Source: an uncultured Methanosarcinales archaeon (GTDB lineage: Archaea; Nanobdellota; Nanobdellia; Woesearchaeales; CAZOXR01). Taken from it: 64,000 nucleotides of DNA. Of this stretch, positions 39,128 through 48,943 are shown in pieces (positions within the stretch are counted from its first letter, which is position 1; each line of letters begins with the position of its first letter). The DNA lies in assembly GCA_964566535.1 (NCBI GenBank), contig CAZMIO010000002.1, positions 136,905-200,904 on the forward strand. Reading direction: 5' to 3'. The notes under the pieces are model-generated. The model was not told the origin of the DNA, did not search any database, and was given only the letters and a program-made list of their open reading frames with translations. The position numbers and the translations under genes are program-made.

Positions 39128-39706
39128 TTATTCAAAACTAACAGCAGGCGCATTCTCAGCACCAGATGCAGCTTCAAACAAACTTTTCTTATCAAACCCG
39201 AACATTCCAGCAATTAGATTAGCAGGAAAGAACCTAATCTTCTTATTATAATTCTTCACAGCTTCATTATATCTGACTCTCTCAACATTGATCCTATTCT
39301 CAGTACCCTCAAGTTGCGCTTGTAATCCAGCAAAGTTCTCAGTAGCTTTTAACTGTGGATAATTCTCAACAGTAACTAACAACCTAGCAAGTGCAGACTG
39401 AACTTGACCAGCAGCAGCAATCTTAGAATCAATACTTCCAGCATTAAGCCATTTAGTCCTAGCCTCAGTCACTGCCAAATAAGTATCCTTCTCAAAATTA
39501 GCAGCACCCTTAACCGTCTCAACTAAATTAGGAATTAGATCAAACCTTCTCTGATAAGAACTCTCAACATTCGCCCACTGAGCATCAGCAGTCTCATCAA
39601 GACTTACTAAACTATTATATGTCCCAATAAACCATAATATTCCAATAAAAATAACTATAGCAACACTAATCAATACAATTAATCCAACATTTGGTCCTTT
39701 CTTCAT
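39128..39706 (-). CDS. lemA: LemA family protein
   Basis: 192 aa. N-terminal TM followed by conserved LemA segments (NSLVSLDE...QRRFDLIPNLVETVKG...YNKKIRFFPANLIAGMFGF). GGTGA Shine-Dalgarno-like motif upstream of ATG 39704-39706. Confidence 0.85.
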   Translation of the reverse strand: MKKGPNVGLIVLISVAIVIFIGILWFIGTYNSLVSLDETADAQWANVESSYQRRFDLIPNLVETVKGAANFEKDTYLAVTEARTKWLNAGSIDSKIAAAGQVQSALARLLVTVENYPQLKATENFAGLQAQLEGTENRINVERVRYNEAVKNYNKKIRFFPANLIAGMFGFDKKSLFEAASGAENAPAVSFE

Positions 39707-39753
39707 AATATCACCTCTTACTATTAACTACTTAAACTATATAAACATTATCA

Positions 39754-40413
39754 TCATATTTTCATCTGGTCAACAACATGAATAAGTTTATCCAAAAACA
39801 CCATCAAATCTCTAACATTATCTTCCAATCCAGAAGTGTCCCCATCAAGATTCTTTATCTTCTTCAAAACACCAACATCAATTTTATACTTCTCAGCAAC
39901 AACCTTAAACAATTCATCTAATTCAGTAGGGGGCGAAACATCCTTAAGAAACAACAGCCCATAAAACAAAGGCATAGTACTAGGAATAGCCATCTTCAAT
40001 AGTTCCTTAATTTCCTTCGGTTTCTTAATAAAAACATAATTTTCCCTTAAATGAATAAGCTTAGATCGAAGTTCATACTCAAGCTGTCTCCTAACTTGCT
40101 TCTTGTCAAACTTTACTTCTTCAATTAAATCCTCACCAAACAAAACATCATGAGGATGTTTTATATCCAAAAACTCCAAAGGAAAAACATCAGAAGCATC
40201 ATCAAGTTCTTCCTTAGTAAAAAAGAGAGGAACAATCTTATTCTTCTTTGAACATTTCAGTACAGCAGGCTTAATCTTCTCTAAAATCGAATAATCGAGC
40301 GTTCCCAAAATAAATAAAAGATTATTTGGTTCGCCTTCTGTTCCAAACTTAACAGCTGAAAGTAAATTATCTCCAAGATTTTCCTTAAACTCATTTATTA
40401 TTTCTTCATACAT
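39754..40413 (-). CDS. hypothetical protein
   Basis: Track ORF begins with GTG at 40443. An ATG at 40411-40413 is preceded by a textbook AGGAGG (9-nt spacer), so I call MYEEIINEF... as start (219 aa). Sits between TPM and LemA genes on the same strand. Confidence 0.5.
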   Translation of the reverse strand: MYEEIINEFKENLGDNLLSAVKFGTEGEPNNLLFILGTLDYSILEKIKPAVLKCSKKNKIVPLFFTKEELDDASDVFPLEFLDIKHPHDVLFGEDLIEEVKFDKKQVRRQLEYELRSKLIHLRENYVFIKKPKEIKELLKMAIPSTMPLFYGLLFLKDVSPPTELDELFKVVAEKYKIDVGVLKKIKNLDGDTSGLEDNVRDLMVFLDKLIHVVDQMKI

Positions 40414-40436
40414 TTTAATTATCCTCCTTAAACATT

Positions 40437-41195
40437 TCACCACCCGCCAGAAAACCCACCACCACCTGAAAATCCTCCGCCAAAACCACCAAAACCTCCA
40501 CCACCAAGCCCCCCACCAGATCCGCCACTACCTCTATTAAACCCTCCACCAAAAAATATCGGAAAAAATCCAATTCTAGATCTCCTACCACCAGATATCC
40601 TTCCAACCACTGAACTTATAATAAAAAATAAAATTAGTATTGAATAAATATTTGAAAAACTACTTCTTGACCCACCACCATTTGCATAAGTTGACTTATA
40701 CCTAGAAATAACTTCCTCATTGTCTTCTAAGTATCCAAAAATAACTGCAACAGAATTATAAATTCCCAAACCAAACTCCCCTCTCTTAAAATGAGGCGTT
40801 AAAACATTGTTCCCAATCTCCATTGCAGTTATGTCTGGTATGGTAGATTCAAGTCCATACCCTACTTCAATTCTAAATTCTCTTTCCTGTATAGCAACTA
40901 ATATCAAAATACCATTATCAATATCTTCCTTACCAATCCCTGCCTCCTCAAATAATTCAACAGCGTAAGTTTCAACATCAATACCATCAAGTGTTGGAAC
41001 AGTAACAACTGCAACCTCAACAGTTGTGCTTTGTTCTATTTGTTTAGCCAACTGTGAGATAGCCGATTCATATTGAGTATCAATAACATCTCCCTTGTCA
41101 GTCACAAAATTACTAACTTCAGGATAATCTAAAGCAGAAACTAACGGAATAAATAAAATCAACATCAAAAATATTTTTTTATCAAAATAAATCAT
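40437..41195 (-). CDS. TPM domain (DUF477/YgcG-like) membrane protein with Gly-rich tail
   Basis: 252 aa. Signal/TM, TPM domain motifs (VVDTQYESAISQLAKQIEQSTTVEVAVVTV...GILILVAIQEREFRIEVGYGLE), TM segment, then GGGFGGFGGG low-complexity C-terminus. This architecture is typical of TPM proteins that partner LemA. Confidence 0.8.
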   Translation of the reverse strand: MIYFDKKIFLMLILFIPLVSALDYPEVSNFVTDKGDVIDTQYESAISQLAKQIEQSTTVEVAVVTVPTLDGIDVETYAVELFEEAGIGKEDIDNGILILVAIQEREFRIEVGYGLESTIPDITAMEIGNNVLTPHFKRGEFGLGIYNSVAVIFGYLEDNEEVISRYKSTYANGGGSRSSFSNIYSILILFFIISSVVGRISGGRRSRIGFFPIFFGGGFNRGSGGSGGGLGGGGFGGFGGGFSGGGGFSGGW

Positions 41196-41356
41196 AAAAT
41201 ATTACCAAACAGGTCGCGTATTTAATTGTTTTGATAAAAATTTACAAAATAAAAAAGATACATTTATAAACCCTTTCTCGTCCCTAATTTGAAAGGGGGC
41301 GCAGATCATAGATAGTATAGTTTATTTTCTGTCCTTAAATATTAACAATTTACAAA

Positions 41357-42430
41357 ATGATAATTGGAATACCGAAAGAAAAGAAGATGGGGGAGGCAAG
41401 AGTACCTTTAATCCCAGATCATGTTAGCTTGCTCACTAAACAAGGCCACAAAGTCTTCGTTGAAAGAGACGCAGGAAAAAAATGCAGGTTCTCTAACAAA
41501 GCTTATGAAAAAGCAGGAGCAAAAATCGTTGATGATGTTTATGATTGTGAAATGATTGTAAGAGTTAAAGAACCACCAATGGCAACAATAAGAAAGAACC
41601 AAATCATCATGGGTTACCTTCACGTTGAAAAAGGCCAAAACATGGCTTTACTAAAAAAATTCTTAGACCAAAATTCCACAACTTACGCTTACGAAAATAT
41701 AAGGGATGATAGTGGAGACAGATTAGTCAACTTAGGAGTTGAAGCAGGCATTGTCGGAATGTATGAAGGAATAAGATTATACGGAAAGGTCCTAGCAAAA
41801 AATGGACAAATAAACAGATTCAAAAAACTAAAACCAATCAAACAATATCACAGCGTAAAAAAAGTTTACGAAGCACTAGAAGAAGCAAATGTTCACAACA
41901 ACGTAAACATTTACATTTTCGGCAAAGGAAAAGTTTCTAGAGGCTCTCAAGAAGTTCTAAAATATACTAAGATTAAACCAAATGTCCTTTACAGGGATGG
42001 AACAAAAGACGTTACTCCTTTCCTACCAAAAGCAGACATCATTGTTAATGCAATTGATTGGTATCCAGACGAGCCAAGGATCATTACAAAAAATATGTTA
42101 AAACTGATGAAAAAAACAGCAGTTATCGTTGACATCTCTTGCGATGAAAACGGTGCAATTGAAAGTTGCATCCCAACAACATGGCAAAAACCATCATACA
42201 TTTTTAATGGGGTAACACATTACTGTGTAGATAACCTCCCTTCTGCTATTCCTCGTGACGCTTCTATCCATCTAAGTGAAATGATTCTTCCTCATGTTCT
42301 AAAAGTTGCTAATAATGAAGTATTAGAAACAGGTTTAATGACCAAAAGTGGAATCTTTGAATACGCAAAGAAAGAAGGAACATTAGAAGAGTTCGAACAG
42401 CTTTTAGAATTTCCAATAGAAACAGCTTAA
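41357..42430 (+). CDS. alanine dehydrogenase/PNT family protein (N5-carboxyethyl-ornithine synthase / saccharopine dehydrogenase-like)
   Basis: 357 aa. N-terminal IIGIPKEKKMGEARVPLIP is typical of the AlaDH/PNT N-domain. The dinucleotide-binding glycine motif is atypical (IYIFGKGKVSRGS), so subfamily is uncertain. Confidence 0.6.
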   Translation: MIIGIPKEKKMGEARVPLIPDHVSLLTKQGHKVFVERDAGKKCRFSNKAYEKAGAKIVDDVYDCEMIVRVKEPPMATIRKNQIIMGYLHVEKGQNMALLKKFLDQNSTTYAYENIRDDSGDRLVNLGVEAGIVGMYEGIRLYGKVLAKNGQINRFKKLKPIKQYHSVKKVYEALEEANVHNNVNIYIFGKGKVSRGSQEVLKYTKIKPNVLYRDGTKDVTPFLPKADIIVNAIDWYPDEPRIITKNMLKLMKKTAVIVDISCDENGAIESCIPTTWQKPSYIFNGVTHYCVDNLPSAIPRDASIHLSEMILPHVLKVANNEVLETGLMTKSGIFEYAKKEGTLEEFEQLLEFPIETA

Positions 42431-42476
42431 ATTAATTCTAGAAATATTTTTATAGCCCAACCATAAATAAAGAGTT

Positions 42477-43124
42477 ATGGCCAAAGATAAAAGAAAACCA
42501 AATGAACCTGACACTGAAAAAAGAATTCTCATTATAAACAATGAAAGTATGTACATTGAGGAATTAGAAAAAACGGTTAATACTCACGCTTCTGGAAGGG
42601 CAAAAGTTGATTCTGTAAATATAAAGGATGCCAAATCAAAAATAGAGTCTGAGGGATTACCTTATGATGGAATTATCTTAGGAGGGAGTCATAAAAGAAG
42701 ATATGATAATCAAGAGGTTCAGGATATAATAGCCTCAATAGATAAACATAATGAAGCCAATCCTGACAAGCAAGTTGCATTATATGGCGTTTGCTTAGGT
42801 CATCAAGCTGTTGCTCATTATCACAAGGGCAAGGTAGTGGACTTAGGAGAATACCAAAAAGGCGACAAAAAAATTCAACTAGGGGATGGAAAAGAAACAA
42901 AAACACATAAACATCATAAATGGGGAGTAACTGAAGTATCTGGCCTAGAAGTCATTGCCGAGAGTACTGTACAAGATGCAGAGGGTAAAGAAGTAAGAAT
43001 TATAGAAGAAACAAGACACCCAACTAAACCATACGTTACAACACAAGGACACGCAGCAAAGAAAGGCCATGCACAAGAACTATTACACCAATGGTTGGAT
43101 GATGTTTACAAACCAGCAGCTTAA
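42477..43124 (+). CDS. class I glutamine amidotransferase-like protein
   Basis: 215 aa. Nucleophile-elbow motif LYGVCLGHQAV and downstream His typical of GATase1/peptidase C26 folds. Confidence 0.55.
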   Translation: MAKDKRKPNEPDTEKRILIINNESMYIEELEKTVNTHASGRAKVDSVNIKDAKSKIESEGLPYDGIILGGSHKRRYDNQEVQDIIASIDKHNEANPDKQVALYGVCLGHQAVAHYHKGKVVDLGEYQKGDKKIQLGDGKETKTHKHHKWGVTEVSGLEVIAESTVQDAEGKEVRIIEETRHPTKPYVTTQGHAAKKGHAQELLHQWLDDVYKPAA

Positions 43125-43585
43125 ACATTCTTCCCCATCTTAATAGTATAATCTTCAAAACCTAATCTACGATACAAACTCTGTGCACCTTTATTATCAA
43201 TATGAATCTCCAATGAAATATGGCCAACATTATTATCCTTAAGCCATTTAATCATCCTTAAAACTAATTTCTTTCCAATCCCCTTCCCCCTATACTTCTT
43301 CACAACATAAAGATTACTTATATATCCTTTCATACCATAATTAGAGATTTTCAAAGGCTTAAACAACTGTCCAAATACAACCCCTACAACATCATTGCCT
43401 TCAACAGCAATAAAAAAAGCCCGATTAGATTTTTCCAAATCAGCCTCTAAATATCCCCTATAGAACCCCTTGCTTTTACTCAAGGGTTTTAATGTACTGC
43501 TATACTTCAATTCCTCTTTCTTAGATAATAACTTCAGCCTAAATAATTCTTTAATATCTTCCCTACCAGCTTTCCTTATTTTCAT
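43121..43585 (-). CDS. GNAT family N-acetyltransferase
   Basis: 154 aa. Acetyl-CoA binding motif (YRGKGIGKKLV). Its ATG overlaps the upstream ATP-grasp stop (ATGA), indicating translational coupling. Confidence 0.8.
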   Translation of the reverse strand: MKIRKAGREDIKELFRLKLLSKKEELKYSSTLKPLSKSKGFYRGYLEADLEKSNRAFFIAVEGNDVVGVVFGQLFKPLKISNYGMKGYISNLYVVKKYRGKGIGKKLVLRMIKWLKDNNVGHISLEIHIDNKGAQSLYRRLGFEDYTIKMGKNV

Positions 43586-44634
43586 TCTCTATACTCCTTA
43601 ACAATCTCTTCAATCAAAAACTTACTCAAATTAAATCTCCTAACTTTAGGAAAACCCGGAAATGCATTAATCTCAATAAACATTGCACTCTTATGATCGC
43701 TACATAACATAATATCTACACCACCAAAATTCAATCCTAATGCTTTAATAGCCCTTACTGCATTCCTTTTAGCAAATTCAAGTTGTTTCTCTGGAAGCGA
43801 ATTAACAAAACTTGGACCCTCCCCAATAGCACCTTGAGAAATATTTGTAGTAACTGCCTCTGCATCAGTGCTCCTAGCATAAACATAAAGAACTTCACCC
43901 TTAAACACATATAACCTCAAATCAAACTTCCTTCCTTTAACAAGCAAAGGATTAATCGCTTCTTCAACAATAACATCCTTCTTCAAAATCTCACTCAAAA
44001 AATCCTTCTTGCCAGTTATATCAATAAAAGTCCAGCCATAATCAGATTTTTTACTCACTATCTTACCATCCCTAAATCTAAAGTTAGTCATCCACCTTCC
44101 CTTCTCTAAATAAGTTACCCCCTTACCCATCGATCCAAATCTTACCTTAATAAAAAGCTTATAACCTTCATTCAACAACTTAACAACCGCTCTAACACTC
44201 CTTGTGCCAAACTTCTTTGGAACCATAACTCCTGCCTTAGAAACGATACTCTTTGTAACTTCCTTGTCTCTATCAACAGCCAAGTTCCCAGGAGGGTTAA
44301 CATAAGAAATTTTCTTATCAGCGTAAGATTCATCCACCTTCTCTTTCATTAATTCCCAAAACTTAATGAACTTAGAATAAAATCCCCGATTACCATAAAC
44401 TCCCCTATAGTGTTTAGGCTCAATGTGTTTATCCCAATACTCAAAAGGAAAGAAAAGAAATACGATAACTTCCTTTGTACTCACCTTAGGAAATTTTCCC
44501 TCAAGAATAGAATCATAGTCAGCACTCTTAAAAATTATATCACTTCCCCTAAAGAACCTTCTCTGTTTGTAGAACTTCCTAAACGTATCAAAGTCCTTTA
44601 AATCACCTATTGCCAATAAAGTCTTTTTCCCCAT
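43582..44634 (-). CDS. RimK-family ATP-grasp ligase (alpha-L-glutamate ligase-like)
   Basis: Track ORF starts at TTG 44652; first ATG at 44632-44634 (MGKKTLLAIGDL). ATP-grasp motifs (LFIKVRFGSMGKGV, DLRLYVF, NISQGA, EINAFPG). Same family as methanogen MptN/CofF and bacterial RimK. Confidence 0.75.
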   Translation of the reverse strand: MGKKTLLAIGDLKDFDTFRKFYKQRRFFRGSDIIFKSADYDSILEGKFPKVSTKEVIVFLFFPFEYWDKHIEPKHYRGVYGNRGFYSKFIKFWELMKEKVDESYADKKISYVNPPGNLAVDRDKEVTKSIVSKAGVMVPKKFGTRSVRAVVKLLNEGYKLFIKVRFGSMGKGVTYLEKGRWMTNFRFRDGKIVSKKSDYGWTFIDITGKKDFLSEILKKDVIVEEAINPLLVKGRKFDLRLYVFKGEVLYVYARSTDAEAVTTNISQGAIGEGPSFVNSLPEKQLEFAKRNAVRAIKALGLNFGGVDIMLCSDHKSAMFIEINAFPGFPKVRRFNLSKFLIEEIVKEYRE

Positions 44635-44837
44635 ATGAATAGAATCCAACAAATTACTTATAAATGTTTCTTAAAGATTCTACTTGTCTTATTCTAGATT
44701 CCCCTTAAAATCCCCCATTTCTTCAGAAAATCCCTCACTAATACCCATATCCAACCAAAACACCCATATATATTTTGCCCAATCAAAAAATTTAAATAGA
44801 TAAACCATTAATCTCAGTGTAGGAAAGGTGGTATACT

Positions 44838-45122
44838 ATGCTAAAGATGAAAAAAATATCTGAAACATTCGATATGAAGGTGTTTACAGACTCAGGAGAT
44901 TATTTTGGTGATATTGAAGAAAGTATCTTAACCCAGAACAAAGTGTTTGGATGGCGTGTTAGAGCAACAAAGAACTCATTTCTAAGTAAAGTTCTAGGTT
45001 CAGCAAAAGGAGTTATTGTGCCTCACCAACTTGTAAAAAGCATTGGAGACATAATAATTATCAGTAAAGCTGCAGTTCCTTCTTACTCCGGTGAAGAAGG
45101 AGAAGAAGAAAACAAAGAATAA
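44838..45122 (+). CDS. PRC-barrel domain protein
   Basis: 94 aa, GGTGG Shine-Dalgarno-like motif upstream. VFTDSGDYFGDIEE...VIVP pattern resembles PRC-barrel proteins. Confidence 0.5.
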   Translation: MLKMKKISETFDMKVFTDSGDYFGDIEESILTQNKVFGWRVRATKNSFLSKVLGSAKGVIVPHQLVKSIGDIIIISKAAVPSYSGEEGEEENKE

Positions 45123-45184
45123 TTTTTTTCTTTATTTATTATTTAATAGAAAGCTATATAAATAAGAAATATTAAACTATCCTT

Positions 45185-45775
45185 ATGTCCTCAGTCATAA
45201 TCCAGGAATTAAAAAGAAAAACAACACATTTTACTATACTTCTTTTAATAATTGCTTTTATAGTCATTAAAGATAGTTACAACCAAAACAGTGCATTATT
45301 AACCTTAGTGGGTGTTCTTATGATATTCCTCACCCTAGAGTATTTCAGACTAGACTTAAATTGGAAAATTCCAGGGTTCTCTCACTTCATGAAGGCAAGA
45401 GAACAAGACAGAGTCCACAGTGCAGTCTACTTTCTTTGTGCTACAATAATTTGCCTAGCAGTCTTTGACTTCAAAATCGCATTAACAGCACTACTGATGA
45501 CTATCTTCGGAGATATGATTGCAGCAATGGTAGGTAAAAAGTTTGGTACAACCCTCCTCTTCAGAAATAAAACAGCAATTGGAACATTATCCGAACTTGT
45601 AATCAACCTACTGATCGGAATTGTAATCCTCATGGGAACCTACCAAGCATACATAATCATCTCAATGGCCTTTACCGCAACAATCATAGAAACTTTAGTA
45701 GACGAACTTGACGATAACCTACTAACCCCTCTTTTCGCAGGATTTATTGGGCAGATTATAACGTTCCTTATCTAG
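45185..45775 (+). CDS. polyprenol/dolichol kinase or CDP-archaeol synthase-like membrane protein (CTP_transf_1 superfamily)
   Basis: 196 aa, about 6 TM helices. C-terminal signature IFGDMIAAMVGKKFG is typical of CTP-dependent dolichol kinase/CdsA-like enzymes. Confidence 0.5.
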   Translation: MSSVIIQELKRKTTHFTILLLIIAFIVIKDSYNQNSALLTLVGVLMIFLTLEYFRLDLNWKIPGFSHFMKAREQDRVHSAVYFLCATIICLAVFDFKIALTALLMTIFGDMIAAMVGKKFGTTLLFRNKTAIGTLSELVINLLIGIVILMGTYQAYIIISMAFTATIIETLVDELDDNLLTPLFAGFIGQIITFLI

Positions 45776-47097
45776 AAATCAAAAACCTTTTTCTTCTCTT
45801 TCAAAGCACTTGGGGATTCTCCACCATGCCATGTAAATCTTGGCCTTATCCTCATAGGATATAGTCTTTCGTTAACATCATCAAATATAACTGCAGAACC
45901 CTTTATAGCAGGCAGATAATTAAGCTGCTTATCAAGACCTTCTCTCATATAACTCTGCATCAACATCCCCAATGCCTCAACATCTATTTTAGCAGTTAAC
46001 CTATGTGAAATAACTGTATCTGCCTGAGTCATAACATCAGTATGTATCTTACCCGGCTGCTGTGTAGCAAGTATCAAAGAAATACCTGGCTGTCTTCCTT
46101 CCCTAAGTATAGTCAACAAAGCATCAGTAGAAACAGTCTTCCCTTCCTTAGGTAAAAACTCATGTGCCTCATCAATCACAAGCCAAACCAAGGGATCTTG
46201 CTGTTTTTCTTTCTCCCCGCTATCTAAAGAATAGTGTTCACTCCCTTTTATAGATTTAAACTCTTCCATCTTCCGAGATATCATCCGGTGGATAAACAAT
46301 TTCTGAGATATAAGACCAATAACTAATGACTTAAGCCCTTCAGTTCCAGGCGTAACAGCATAACAACTAACATCAATTATAGTTACCTGCCCACCTTTCA
46401 CTAAACTACTTATTGGAGTTCCATCCTTTCCAAAAAGTCCCCATTTCTTAGCAGAACTAAATCTATTCTCAACAAAATCCTTTACATGTTGTTCTGTCTT
46501 CTCATCCTTCTTAATTAAATTAATAACATCATCTAATGAAAAATCAGGATTAGCTTTCATCAAATCCTGAACAACTCTCTCAATCAAAACTCCATGTTGG
46601 CTATGTACCTCTATCTCAAAAGTCAAACACCAATCATGAGGACTTAATTCTGAAGGTTTTATAGAAAAAGGATGATCAGTGGGTATCCCTTGCTTCTTAA
46701 ACTGATCATAATATCCTGTAGGAGTATAAATTGTAACATCTAACGGTTTACTCTTCAGCCCCCATTCATCTAATATGTGAGTATCCTTCTTGTTAGCATA
46801 CTTCATAGTCCAATATATCCCCATGGTATCAAGCATTATAACGGAAATATTATCCTTAACCTCCATAGGCAAATCAGATATGCCTTCTGCAATTACCCCC
46901 ATAGTATACGACTTCCCAGAACCCCTTTTACCACAAATAAACACAACATGCGACCTAGAAACATCCATATAGATCTCATTAGATAAAGAAGTAGTATGTC
47001 CCATCTTCACATACTGCTTTCCAAGAAAAATTGTTCCGTCCTTACCAAACTTCTCCTTGTCTTTCTCAGACCTACCAATAATTATATCATAAGGCAT
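45772..47097 (-). CDS. HerA/FtsK-clade AAA-like ATPase (DUF87)
   Basis: 441 aa. Walker A FICGKRGSGKSYTMG, Walker B/DEAH WLVIDEAHEF, arginine-finger region. No NurA-like nuclease adjacent. Confidence 0.7.
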   Translation of the reverse strand: MPYDIIIGRSEKDKEKFGKDGTIFLGKQYVKMGHTTSLSNEIYMDVSRSHVVFICGKRGSGKSYTMGVIAEGISDLPMEVKDNISVIMLDTMGIYWTMKYANKKDTHILDEWGLKSKPLDVTIYTPTGYYDQFKKQGIPTDHPFSIKPSELSPHDWCLTFEIEVHSQHGVLIERVVQDLMKANPDFSLDDVINLIKKDEKTEQHVKDFVENRFSSAKKWGLFGKDGTPISSLVKGGQVTIIDVSCYAVTPGTEGLKSLVIGLISQKLFIHRMISRKMEEFKSIKGSEHYSLDSGEKEKQQDPLVWLVIDEAHEFLPKEGKTVSTDALLTILREGRQPGISLILATQQPGKIHTDVMTQADTVISHRLTAKIDVEALGMLMQSYMREGLDKQLNYLPAIKGSAVIFDDVNERLYPMRIRPRFTWHGGESPSALKEKKKVFDF

Positions 47098-47368
47098 AAT
47101 TCAAACTTAAATCTACTAATATAAATATTTAGCGAAACAACCAAGAAACAACAAACTTTAAATACTCCTTCTCCCACCATAAACCTATTATGCCGGAGCA
47201 AAAACAAATTAAATCAATAAGCAAGATTTTATTAGTTCTTTTGCTAGTTCTGGTGTTACTTTAAGCCCTACTCACATTCTACAGGGCCACTGCAACTTTA
47301 AACCAAAGTTAGTTAAGAATCCAAAAAAATTATAAAAAATGGAACCAAACGACACTCAAAAAGAAAAA

Positions 47369-48934
47369 ATGAGCAAGATCATAATATTTGACACCACCTT
47401 AAGAGATGGTGAACAATCCCCTGGAGCTAGTTTAACAATCAAAGAAAAGCTAATTATTGCAAAACAATTAGCAAAACTTGGTGTAGATGTTATCGAAGCA
47501 GGTTTTCCTATAAGTTCGCAAGGAGATTTCGAAGCAGTAAAACAGATTGCAAAAGAAGTCCAAGGCCCAATCATCTGCGGTTTAGCAAGAACAAAAGAAG
47601 AAGACATAGACAGAGCATGGGAAGCAGTAAAACATTCAAAAAATCCAAGAATCCACACATTCATAGGAACTTCCAACATCCATATGGAGAAGAAACTAAA
47701 AAAAACTAAAGAAGAAGTAATCTCCCTTGTCTCAAAGACAGTAAAACATGCAAGCTTGTTATGCAAAGACATAGAGTTCTCACCAGAAGACGCAGCAAGA
47801 ACTGACTTAGATTACATGGTCGATGTTGTAAAAGCTGCAATAGAAGCAGGAGCAAATACTATAAACATCCCAGACACAGTAGGTTATTCAGAACCTGAAG
47901 AATTCGGGAAAAGAATCAAATACATTTATGACAAACTAAACACATTAATAGAAAAAAACAATGTTATAATCAGTGTTCATTGCCATAATGACTTAGGTGT
48001 CGCTGTTGCAAATTCATTAGAGGCAATAAGAAACGGAGCAACACAAATAGAATGCACTATAAACGGAATTGGGGAACGTGCAGGTAACTGTTCATTAGAA
48101 GAAGTAGTAATGAACCTAAAGACAAGAAATGATTTTTTCAAAGACTTCCACACAACAATTAACACAAAAGAAATTTTCAAAACATCTCAATTAGTTTCAC
48201 AACTAACTGGAATAAAAATCCAAAGAAATAAGGCAATCGTTGGTCAAAATGCATTTGCTCACGAAGCAGGAATCCACCAGCATGGAGTATTAAGCCACAA
48301 ATCAACCTATGAGATTATGAAACCAGAAGAAATTGGCTGGATTGGAACAAATATTGTGATAGGAAAACACTCAGGTAAACATGCTGTTGAATCAATCTTA
48401 AAAGATAGAGGATATGACTTAACCAAAGAACAAGTTAACAAAGTATTGTCAAAACTTAAAGAACTAGCCGACAAACAAAAAGAATTGATGCAGGAAGATA
48501 TTATCGCAGTTGCCACAAACGTAGCAGGCGAACTATCAAAAGAAGAAAAGATTGTACAACTAGACGAAGTAAAAGTCACAACTGGAAACAAAACAAAACC
48601 AGAAGCAACAGTCACATTAATCATAGATGGAAAAAAGAAAACTGGCAAAGGTATCGGTTTAGGACCAGTTGACGCTGTCGCACATGCAGTAAGGTCAATG
48701 ACAGACCCCTCAATCAAACTAAAGGAATACTCACTTAAAGCAATTACAGGGGGAACTAATGCCCTAGCAGAGGTATCAATAAAAGTTCAAGATGAAAAAG
48801 GCCACATATTCAAAGCAGATTCAGTTGATGAAGACATAATTATGGCATCTACTATTGCATTAATCAAGGGTACGAACAAAGCATTAAACTTCAAGAAAAA
48901 TAAATCAACACAGAAAATCAAAGTAGGTTATTAA
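47369..48934 (+). CDS. leuA: 2-isopropylmalate synthase (or closely related citramalate synthase)
   Basis: HMGL-like motif IFDTTLRDGEQ plus C-terminal LeuA regulatory domain. Track ORF starts at 47339, but an A/T-rich TATA-like element (aaaaaaattataaaaa, 47322-47337) abuts that ATG. I therefore prefer ATG 47369 (MSKIIIFDTTLRDGEQ); the alternative start is 47339. Confidence 0.85.
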   Translation: MSKIIIFDTTLRDGEQSPGASLTIKEKLIIAKQLAKLGVDVIEAGFPISSQGDFEAVKQIAKEVQGPIICGLARTKEEDIDRAWEAVKHSKNPRIHTFIGTSNIHMEKKLKKTKEEVISLVSKTVKHASLLCKDIEFSPEDAARTDLDYMVDVVKAAIEAGANTINIPDTVGYSEPEEFGKRIKYIYDKLNTLIEKNNVIISVHCHNDLGVAVANSLEAIRNGATQIECTINGIGERAGNCSLEEVVMNLKTRNDFFKDFHTTINTKEIFKTSQLVSQLTGIKIQRNKAIVGQNAFAHEAGIHQHGVLSHKSTYEIMKPEEIGWIGTNIVIGKHSGKHAVESILKDRGYDLTKEQVNKVLSKLKELADKQKELMQEDIIAVATNVAGELSKEEKIVQLDEVKVTTGNKTKPEATVTLIIDGKKKTGKGIGLGPVDAVAHAVRSMTDPSIKLKEYSLKAITGGTNALAEVSIKVQDEKGHIFKADSVDEDIIMASTIALIKGTNKALNFKKNKSTQKIKVGY

Positions 48935-48943
48935 GGTGATAAA

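Noticed and set aside
47339-47368. Longer leuA start at 47339 (MEPNDTQKEK-MSKIIIF...)
   Set aside because: An A/T-rich TATA-like element directly abuts this ATG, leaving no room for initiation. The downstream ATG at 47369 gives the canonical LeuA N-terminus. The longer start remains possible.
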